Shown one piece after another: positions 1 through 6,218 of a DNA stretch of 11,267 nt. The stretch lies in contig JBDRGF010000012.1 in assembly GCA_043818055.1 (NCBI GenBank), positions 1-11,267 on the forward strand. Reading direction: 5' to 3'. Source of the DNA: Pseudomonadota bacterium. Its GTDB lineage: Bacteria > UBA10199 > 2-02-FULL-44-16 > JBDRGF01. The position numbers and the translations under genes are program-made. The stretch's first letter is position 1; each line of letters opens with the position of its first letter. The notes beneath the pieces were generated by a model, which did no database searches, had not been told where the DNA came from, and saw nothing but the letters and a program-made list of their open reading frames with translations.

Positions 1-56
1 TATCGAGGATATCAAGCCAGTAATGCCCTGTAATAACCAAGTAATTTTAAGGTTTT

Positions 57-113
57 GTAGGGGCGTGGTTTCCGCGCCCGTTTGCGTCCCCCGTGGACGT
101 GAAGCGTCTCTAC
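57..113. repeat. GTAG-family REP pair (degenerate REPIN-like doublet)
   Basis: GTAG at 57-60 followed by hairpin GGGCGTGG-TTT-CCGCGCCC (61-79). An inverted degenerate partner at 95-113 ends in CTAC (reverse complement GTAGAGACG-CTTCA-CGTCC). Confidence 0.7.
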
Positions 114-154
114 GGGGTCATCCCAGCCCCACATTGTCATCCCGGCCTCCGAGC

Positions 155-356
155 CATTGTTGTCCGGTTAAGAAAAAAAAGATTTCGAGGAAACATATAT
201 ATAATGAGAAGCTTGGAATATTTAAATGATGTTTAGATTTGTTTTGTTTGTCACCCCGGACCTTGATCCGGGGTCCAGAATTAGTTTAAATATTCCAATA
301 GGTTCTGGATCCCGGCTCGGAGGCCGGGATAATAATAACTTAACCGGACAACAATG
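155..356. mobile_element. Non-autonomous MITE (202 bp) with 18-bp terminal inverted repeats and 10-bp target-site duplication; IS4-like ends
   Basis: CATTGTTGTCCGGTTAAG (155-172) and CTTAACCGGACAACAATG (339-356) are perfect inverted repeats (extendable to 20 bp). Flanking direct repeats are GCCTCCGAGC (145-154) and GCCCCCGAGC (357-366), 9/10 identical. No transposase ORF inside. Confidence 0.8.
249..330. repeat. Inverted REP doublet inside the MITE
   Basis: TGTC-ACCCCGGA-CCTTGA-TCCGGGGT-CCAG (249-278) and CTGG-ATCCCGGC-TCGGAG-GCCGGGAT (305-330) in opposite orientation. Confidence 0.85.
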
Positions 357-479
357 GCCCCCGAGCCGGGATCCACATAATGAATTCAGGCGAGGTGACC
401 TTGCCCCAGTTTCTCAAATTGGGTATTCTATACACCACGAATTCTCGGTTTGCAGCCGGAGCTAATTACATGTTTTTTG

Positions 480-492
480 TAAGCCATTGAAA
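480..492. promoter_or_regulatory. Putative IHF-binding site
   Basis: TAAGCCATTGAAA matches YAANNNNTTGATW with one mismatch, in AT-rich DNA about 50 bp upstream of a sigma54 -24 box, the usual position. Confidence 0.5.
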
Positions 493-536
493 TTATTGCC
501 TTATTTATCTCGTAAAAATCTATAAAATTCAATCTT

Positions 537-553
537 TTGGCATCTTAGTTGCA
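537..553 (+). promoter_or_regulatory. Sigma54 (RpoN) -24/-12 promoter
   Basis: TTGGCATCTTAGTTGCA: GG (539-540)-N10-GC (551-552), near-consensus TGGCAC-N5-TTGCA, ending 53 bp before the ATG at 607. Confidence 0.8.
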
Positions 554-606
554 AATACAAGTGACGAAACCGGTGGCGATAAAGCCACAATAAAACGGAG
601 GAGTAT

Positions 607-1731
607 ATGGCAAGAGTCACGAGAAAAGATATCTATAGAATGGACAGTAACCGAGATGGAAAGGTGACTGAAGATGAGATTAAGCAATTTTACTCTAAAA
701 ATAAAACTCGGTTTGATGGTAAAAAAATCGAATTTGGTGGAAAGACGTATGAGAGCTGGATAAAATTTTTAGAGGCTCACAAGAAGGATATTACAGATTC
801 AGCTTGGAATGTGAAGCCTCATGATGCAAACGCTAAAAATGTTAATAAAGCACTTGCGCAGATTCGAAACGACTATTCTAAGGTTTTATCGTTGAAGGAG
901 CAGGTTGCACAACTCCAGCAACAGATTAAGAAGGGTTCGACTCCAGAGCTTCAGAAACAACTTAAAACTATGCAGGCACAGTTAGCAGCATTTCAAGCAA
1001 GGCTTGGTGCCAAGCTCTTGAAGGCGAAGTCGTTAGCGAAAGCTGCGGGAATGTCTGAAGATCTTCGAGGGGAGTGGTTCAAAGAGGCCGGTCTCAAACA
1101 GCCATCAAAATCGTTTGGCAACTTGAACATCCCTTTGAAGGGTGCTGTAGCTTCAAAGGGTTTAGGTGGGAATATGAACCTTGGAAAGGCTATTTCCGAC
1201 GCGAGCTCATTTAGCCCTCCGGCAAGCTGGGGTAGTCAGTTCGGTCCGAAATCTGCAGATTTTAATTTAAGCTCCATCATGCAGGATCTCAATCTCGAGG
1301 CTTTAGACAACGTCTTCAAAACACAACAGGATGGCGATAAACTGATGAGGCTTTTCTATTATTATGCAAGGATGGCGGCCAGCGGAGACATGGGTGCGAT
1401 GTACGAATTTATGAAGTTCATCACATATATCATCTCGAAGGATAAGGCCAAGCAGCAGGTCGAGATGGGTAAAAAACTTATCAAGCTTCAGTCCGATGCG
1501 AGAAAATGGACGAGCGAACTGTTGGCTATGGATTCCTCAAAATCAGGCGATGAGTTTTCAAAGAAGATGATGGAGGTGAAGAGCGAGACCGATTCAATCG
1601 CAACATCCCAGAAGCTCATAGCGCAGATGATGGAGGAGATGGCACAGGTCGTCGAAACTCTCACCAATTCGACTAAGGCAGCTCTCGACGCGCATGGCAG
1701 GATATTGAGAGTAGTCTCGAGGATGGGATAA
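607..1731 (+). CDS. Helical/coiled-coil protein (374 aa) with N-terminal EF-hand and C-terminal T3SS needle/filament-like domain; putative type III secretion substrate
   Basis: Long ORF with SD GGAGGAG (597-603). EF-hand loop DSNRDGKVTEDE, Gln/Lys-rich coiled coil, Met-rich helical C-terminus paralogous to 2438..3352. Directly upstream of a SycD-like chaperone. The CDS is secure; the function is inferred. Confidence 0.6.
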   Translation: MARVTRKDIYRMDSNRDGKVTEDEIKQFYSKNKTRFDGKKIEFGGKTYESWIKFLEAHKKDITDSAWNVKPHDANAKNVNKALAQIRNDYSKVLSLKEQVAQLQQQIKKGSTPELQKQLKTMQAQLAAFQARLGAKLLKAKSLAKAAGMSEDLRGEWFKEAGLKQPSKSFGNLNIPLKGAVASKGLGGNMNLGKAISDASSFSPPASWGSQFGPKSADFNLSSIMQDLNLEALDNVFKTQQDGDKLMRLFYYYARMAASGDMGAMYEFMKFITYIISKDKAKQQVEMGKKLIKLQSDARKWTSELLAMDSSKSGDEFSKKMMEVKSETDSIATSQKLIAQMMEEMAQVVETLTNSTKAALDAHGRILRVVSRMG

Positions 1732-1734
1732 AAA

Positions 1735-1764
1735 AGCTGTCAGCTGTCAGCTCTCAGTTGTCAG
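1735..1764 (+). repeat. Heptamer tandem repeat (AGCTGTC-type, 4 units)
   Basis: AGCTGTC AGCTGTC AGCTCTC AGTTGTC AG immediately after the stop codon at 1731. Confidence 0.85.
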
Positions 1765-1850
1765 TCAGAGAAGAGACAGGAGAAAAGACTTGCCCTTACA
1801 GCTCTATAAATGATATTTTTACCCTCTCAAAAGAGTTCAGAGGAGGAAGG

Positions 1851-2438
1851 ATGAGTGATAAAGAGGGTAAGGCAAAAGAGGCCGACGCGACTGAGGAGTT
1901 TTTCAAAGAATTGGAAGAGGCCTCAAAGGATATACCGGAAGAAGAATTGAAAAAAGGGGCGGAGAAGATCCGCCGTTTTATTAGCGGCGATGTTGGTTGG
2001 GCGGAACTTTTCGATTTCACGCCGGAGATGCTGATGCAAATGGCAGAATTTGGTTATCTTCAGTTCAAACAAGGGCGCATGCCTGACGCCGAGAGAATCT
2101 TCAAAGTATTGACAGTTCTTGACTGGAACAATTACTACTATCACTCCATGATGGGGACGATTTTGCAGCGCCAACACAGGTATGGTGAAGCGATAGCAGA
2201 ATATGGTCAGGCGCTTGAACTCTTTCCTGATGATGTCGTCAGCCTCACCAATCGCGGCGAGGTTTTCATGCAGCATGGTTTATATAAAGAGGCAAAGGCC
2301 GATTTTGAGACAGCTATTTCGCTCGATCCGAAGGGAAAGGATAAGTGGTCGAACAGGGCGAGGATGCTTTTAGCTCAGTTGCAAGAGAGGGTTCGTGAAA
2401 AAGAGGGGGCTAAACCTAAACCCAAGGAGAAGAAGTAA
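1851..2438 (+). CDS. TPR protein, SycD/LcrH-like type III secretion class II chaperone (195 aa)
   Basis: Start reassigned to ATG 1851 (SD AGGAGG at 1841-1846). Three TPR motifs and the SycD-like pattern FISGDVGWAELFDF...GYLQFKQGRMPDAERIFKVLTVLD...MGTILQ...EAIAEY. Confidence 0.75.
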   Translation: MSDKEGKAKEADATEEFFKELEEASKDIPEEELKKGAEKIRRFISGDVGWAELFDFTPEMLMQMAEFGYLQFKQGRMPDAERIFKVLTVLDWNNYYYHSMMGTILQRQHRYGEAIAEYGQALELFPDDVVSLTNRGEVFMQHGLYKEAKADFETAISLDPKGKDKWSNRARMLLAQLQERVREKEGAKPKPKEKK

Positions 2439-3352
2439 TGGTTGATCGCGTAGTTCGTGGAGGAGTTGGGGATTCTGATCTTCGGGCAAGGCTCGAGAAG
2501 GCTGGAGTTATTGATGAGCTCGCCAAGGGAAATATCCACGAGGTATTAAAGCGCCTGCCGGGAACTGTATCCATTAAAGATGTCGAACAGTTTCTTGCCT
2601 CACAGTTGCAGAGGCTCGAGAGAAACATCTGGCAGGATAAGGAGCGCGTCTATTCATTGCAGGGCGAGCCGCCGCCACCGAGTCCAATCGATTTTAAAGA
2701 TCACGATAAGAAGGTCGAATTAAGTTCAAAGGACAGGGAGTTCATCAAAAAGAATTTAAAAGCTGGTGTTGTCAAAGGGCTTGGTAAGGCTGTTGTAACC
2801 GGAAAGGCTGTAACCTCTGGAAAAGCCGCCAATGCACCTATGACAGAGGATGAGCTGCATAACATGGTCGATTCTACTATTGCTGACGCTGAACAGCAGA
2901 TGCGCGATATCGCCTGGTCTGTTGCAGTTCGTCAGTTCGATATGGAATATCAGAGAAGAAATGACGAGATCATAAAGGAGATCAAAAAGCTCTTCGCCCT
3001 TGCAAAATCAGGCAAAGTGGATGCGGTCTTTTTAATTCTGGCACTCACCAAGGTGAAGATGATGGAGGATGGCAAGACCACAGCCCGTCTGGGTATGGAG
3101 ATGGGGCATTACAACGAAGAGATGAATCGTGTTTCTCAGGAGCTCTACGGCAAGGACTCAACGGCCGATTATGGAACATTGCAGCTGGGCGCCCAGGAGA
3201 TGAAGGATATGAATTTCAATATGGAGCAGATGACCATGTCGCTGAATAAACAGATCGGTCAGCTGGAAGAGGCGATAACATTTGCGCAGGATTCGACTAA
3301 AAATATTCTGTCAACACGCAGAGAGATAATCAATCGCGTTGGCAGCGTGTAA
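2438..3352 (+). CDS. Met-rich helical protein (304 aa), C-terminal domain paralogous to 607..1731; putative type III secretion substrate
   Basis: TAATG overlap with the upstream stop, suggesting translational coupling. PPPPSP linker, GKAV repeats, helical C-terminus ending DSTKNILSTRREIINRVGSV. Confidence 0.6.
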   Translation: MVDRVVRGGVGDSDLRARLEKAGVIDELAKGNIHEVLKRLPGTVSIKDVEQFLASQLQRLERNIWQDKERVYSLQGEPPPPSPIDFKDHDKKVELSSKDREFIKKNLKAGVVKGLGKAVVTGKAVTSGKAANAPMTEDELHNMVDSTIADAEQQMRDIAWSVAVRQFDMEYQRRNDEIIKEIKKLFALAKSGKVDAVFLILALTKVKMMEDGKTTARLGMEMGHYNEEMNRVSQELYGKDSTADYGTLQLGAQEMKDMNFNMEQMTMSLNKQIGQLEEAITFAQDSTKNILSTRREIINRVGSV

Positions 3353-3358
3353 AGTATT

Positions 3359-3385
3359 GTAGGGGCGCCCCCCCGTGGTCGCCCT
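3359..3385 (+). repeat. Single GTAG-family REP
   Basis: GTAGGGGCG-CCCCCCCGTGGT-CGCCCT, sharing the GTAGGGGCG...CGCCC frame with the REP at 57-79. Intergenic, 6 bp after a stop codon. Confidence 0.75.
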
Positions 3386-3402
3386 CTGATAGGAATTCCG
3401 GA

Positions 3403-3939
3403 ATGGAAGAGATTAAAAAGGAAAAAATGGCCACTGTGAATATCGGCGATCCGACCCCCGATAGAAAGCGGAGGATTGTCGAAGTTCTATACGCGTTTTT
3501 GGAGGACAAGATCTCGATCGCCGAACTATCAGGCGTCTCCCGTCAGGACATGTACAGGATGGCAGAGGCCGGATACGTGAAATACAAACATGGCAGATAT
3601 GAAGAGGCCGAGAAGATATTCCGTTCGCTAATCGTGCTCGATCACAGAAATCCATACTTCCATTCCATGATGGCGGCCATCTATCAACGCGAAGGACGCC
3701 TGGTCGAAGCGATCATGGAGTACGATTTAAGCCTCAAGGTCAACCCCGAAGATGTCGCAGTTTTTGTGAACAGGGGAGAGATATATTTGAGAAACCACAA
3801 CTACCGCAGGGCGGCCGAAGATTTCCGCTCGGCAATCCTGCGAGATCCAAAAGGTTCCAACCTATGGGCCAACCGCGCCCGCTCACTAGTCATAGCCCTC
3901 AAACGCCAGCTCGAGAGGGATGTGGGGAAAAAGAAATAA
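3403..3939 (+). CDS. TPR protein, SycD/LcrH-like type III secretion class II chaperone (178 aa; alternative start 3427)
   Basis: Aligns without gaps to 1851..2438 over ~137 aa with about 60 identities by hand count. Shared motifs AEL, MAE.GY, VLD, HSMM, EAI.EY, NRGE, DPKG, W.NRAR. Confidence 0.75.
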   Translation: MEEIKKEKMATVNIGDPTPDRKRRIVEVLYAFLEDKISIAELSGVSRQDMYRMAEAGYVKYKHGRYEEAEKIFRSLIVLDHRNPYFHSMMAAIYQREGRLVEAIMEYDLSLKVNPEDVAVFVNRGEIYLRNHNYRRAAEDFRSAILRDPKGSNLWANRARSLVIALKRQLERDVGKKK

Positions 3940-3991
3940 AAAAAGCATATAGCATATTGTGAAAAATATTAGTGTTGATTTTTTGTTTTAA

Positions 3992-4041
3992 GTTTGGAAT
4001 TTGTGATTTGTTTGAGATTTGATGCTTGAGATTTGGAATTT
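3992..4041 (+). repeat. Heptamer tandem array (ATTTGGA-type)
   Basis: GTTTGGA ATTTGTG ATTTGTT tgag ATTTGAT GCTTGAG ATTTGGA ATTT between convergent genes. Shares TTGAGATTTGGAATTT (4026-4041) with 10777-10792. Confidence 0.8.
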
Positions 4042-4063
4042 CCTGGCATTTCTCAGCATATGT

Positions 4064-4795
4064 CTACACCCTATATACCTGAACCCCAACCTCTTCTTTT
4101 GTCAGAACTTTAAACTTACCGGGCTGTAAGCTAGGGTCGAGTTTGAGACTGCCAAAGGCAATGCGTTTGAGGTTGGTCACCTCATGGCCCAGAGATTCAA
4201 AGAGCCTTCGGAGTTCTCGATTTTTTCCCTCTGTCAATTCAACGATCAAATGCGATTCTCTATTGCTCACCTTACGCAAGGTCATCTTGGCAGGCTTTAA
4301 GAGCTCATCCTCGTCCCAGATTCCATCTATTGCCTGATCTACTTTCTCCTGCGTGAACCTTCCCTTTACGGTCACGACATAAGTTCGCAAAATCGCGTTG
4401 GCCGGATCGGTCAAATAATTGGATAGCTTTGTGTCGCTTGTCAGCAGCAAAAGTCCTGAGCTTGCCATATCGAGGCGTCCAACAGGATGGAGGTGTTTAA
4501 GCTCCTGAGGCAGGAGGTCGAAGATCGTTTTGCGGCCGAGTTCGTCGCTTCTGGTCGTGACTACTCTCTTTGGCTTATAGAACATGATTGTCTGCCATTG
4601 GCTCTTTTGAAGGATTTTTTCATCTAATGCGAATTTGTCTTTTTCAGGCACGACCTGATAAAGCGGATCCCTGATGATTCTCCCATTGACCTTGAGGCGC
4701 CCCTCCAACACCCATTTTCTGGTCTCAGAGCGGGAGGCGATCCCCAGTTTAGACAAAGCGCGTTCCAACGAAACCTTTCCATGTTCTCTGGCCAT
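4064..4795 (-). CDS. rRNA pseudouridine synthase, RsuA/RluB/RluE family
   Basis: N-terminal S4 domain (LERALSKLGIASR...GRLKVNG), YKPK motif, catalytic VGRLD, SSGLLLLTSD, LTEGKNRELRR and LKRIAFG. Confidence 0.95.
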   Translation of the reverse strand: MAREHGKVSLERALSKLGIASRSETRKWVLEGRLKVNGRIIRDPLYQVVPEKDKFALDEKILQKSQWQTIMFYKPKRVVTTRSDELGRKTIFDLLPQELKHLHPVGRLDMASSGLLLLTSDTKLSNYLTDPANAILRTYVVTVKGRFTQEKVDQAIDGIWDEDELLKPAKMTLRKVSNRESHLIVELTEGKNRELRRLFESLGHEVTNLKRIAFGSLKLDPSLQPGKFKVLTKEEVGVQVYRV

Positions 4796-4842
4796 AGATG
4801 CTATTCTAAACCTTTTATTTCAAAATGAAGCAAGATATTTTA

Positions 4843-4869
4843 GCAACAAATTTGTATTATTGCCGATAA
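4843..4869 (+). promoter_or_regulatory. Putative sigma28 (FliA/WhiG-type) promoter
   Basis: Perfect -10 GCCGATAA (4862-4869) with GCAA 15 bp upstream (consensus TAAA-N15-GCCGATAA), ending 38 bp before the ATG at 4908. Confidence 0.55.
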
Positions 4870-4907
4870 CACGGATGTAAAAATTAAATAAAAGCAAAGG
4901 AGTGATT

Positions 4908-5933
4908 ATGACAAAGGGTATTAAGATTGGATGGACTCCACCGGCAATAGTTCCCAGTATGGCGACAGACACTATGCAGAAATCAGTTATTTACGGACAT
5001 GGTCCAGAGGATTCCAGATTTGAATTGGATCCAGTCACACCGGGGATTTCGCAGCAGCAATCGCCGATTGTTCCAAAGCAACTTGCACCAAAATCACAAT
5101 TCAATATTGATGAAGCAAATAAAGCCCTGTCTGAAGGTCGTTATCCAGATGCTATGTTCTATCTTGAGGGAGTTACAGGTGCATGGATCCGGAAAGGGGA
5201 ACCCGAATTAGCCCTCGACTGTTTGGGAGCCGCGAAGGAGATGTCCGAAACACGTTTCAATGATACCACGTTTCGAACAGAGCTGCGATTAGCGGGGCAC
5301 GCCCATGCTTTGGGAAGGGAAGACCTCGTCGATTATTTCTTTTCCCGGACACACGAACTGATCGAACGGACATCGGATGAATTTAAAAAAGAAGAAATCT
5401 GCTTCGCAACTGGCATAACATATGCGAAAATTCAAAGATTTGATAAAGCCTTTGAATTAACTGAATTAGTTCAGGATAGATTTAACTACTATCGCGTTAT
5501 TGCCGAAAAAATTATCGAACAGGGAAATGCTGAGCTTGCAGAGGAAATCATCCTAAACAAGGCTGTACCCGCTGCGCGTGCAGAATTAAATCGCATAGAA
5601 TATGGCATGCCGCATCTCATATATGCTGCCGAAATGTTGATGAAGATGGGCAAGGCTGAGTCTGCAAAAGCATTATTGGATGAAGTGGCGCAGGCATATC
5701 ATGCGATTTCCTGGCATCAGATCGATCTCAAGTTCTCGTATCGAAGCAATGCTGAGAAAACAGCGGTTCTTTATGCTCAGCTTGGTTTTAGAGATGAAGC
5801 GATCGATATGGTGAACAGAGGCTGGTTCAGGGAAGATGTTCTCAACGATATTACGCCTGAAGAGCTGCAAACTCATAAGCTCGAAAGGATCAAAGATCAT
5901 TGGAAAAATTTGTGGAGAGCGCTGAATCAATAA
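4908..5933 (+). CDS. Hypothetical all-helical, TPR-like repeat protein with a Pro/Ser/Gln-rich N-terminus (341 aa)
   Basis: SD AAGGAG (4897-4902) favours ATG 4908 over GTG 4902. Recurrent helical-repeat patterns (YAKIQRFDKAFEL, LMKMGKAESAKALL, YAQLGFRDEAIDM). Confidence 0.7.
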   Translation: MTKGIKIGWTPPAIVPSMATDTMQKSVIYGHGPEDSRFELDPVTPGISQQQSPIVPKQLAPKSQFNIDEANKALSEGRYPDAMFYLEGVTGAWIRKGEPELALDCLGAAKEMSETRFNDTTFRTELRLAGHAHALGREDLVDYFFSRTHELIERTSDEFKKEEICFATGITYAKIQRFDKAFELTELVQDRFNYYRVIAEKIIEQGNAELAEEIILNKAVPAARAELNRIEYGMPHLIYAAEMLMKMGKAESAKALLDEVAQAYHAISWHQIDLKFSYRSNAEKTAVLYAQLGFRDEAIDMVNRGWFREDVLNDITPEELQTHKLERIKDHWKNLWRALNQ

Positions 5934-5993
5934 TTTCTCAATTTTCATGCCAATTATCGTTATTTTACCGGAGGGTTTTCGTGCTTAAAAAAG

Positions 5994-6187
5994 TTTTCCC
6001 CAATTAATGTGGATAAGTGTGTTGATATTGTGAAAATTTCGATGCCTTTTACAAGAAAGGAGTGTGAAATTGCGGATTGATAATTTAGGAGGCAATGTTT
6101 AGTAATATTTTACAGGGTGTTATCACGATAATAAAAAAAACCCTAAGAAGTTACTTTCAGAGACCATTTATCCACAAATGTGAATAA
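5994..6187. promoter_or_regulatory. DnaA-box cluster (candidate oriC or DnaA titration/reactivation site)
   Basis: TGTGGATAA (6008-6016), TTATCCACA (6168-6176) and TGTGAATAA (6179-6187), plus near matches TTTTCCCCA (5994-6002), TGTTGATAT (6020-6028) and TGTGAAAAT (6029-6037), in an AT-rich 285-bp spacer. Confidence 0.7.
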
Positions 6188-6218
6188 CTTTTTCGAGGCC
6201 TACACAAAAAAGGGTAGT

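Larger units (their letters stand above)
135..376 (+). repeat. TGTC/GTC-type REP palindrome interrupted by an insertion
   Basis: Left half TGTCATCCCGGCCTCCGAGC (135-154) and right half CGGGATCCAC (367-376) rejoin into ATCCCGGC-CTCCGA-GCCGGGAT. A partial tandem copy GTCATCCCAGCCCC lies at 117-130. Confidence 0.85.

Noticed and set aside
57..376. Possible CRISPR array or structured RNA gene
   Set aside because: The repeats are inverted and nested, not regularly spaced direct repeats with unique spacers. No cas gene, tRNA or rRNA signature.
23..465. ORFs 23..229 and 226..465
   Set aside because: They run through REP and MITE palindromes, have no recognisable protein features and are best explained as chance open frames.
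1758..1850. N-terminal extension of the first TPR gene from TTG 1758
   Set aside because: It begins inside the heptamer repeat, whereas ATG 1851 has a strong SD.
607..3352. Assigning sctE/sctB (YopB/YopD-like translocator) gene names
   Set aside because: No long transmembrane segments and no convincing P/V-x-L-x-x-P chaperone-binding motif near the N-termini. Only the gene context fits.
3940..4063. Intrinsic terminator between the convergent TPR and pseudouridine synthase genes
   Set aside because: No GC-rich stem followed by a U-tract was found, only AT-rich sequence and the heptamer array.
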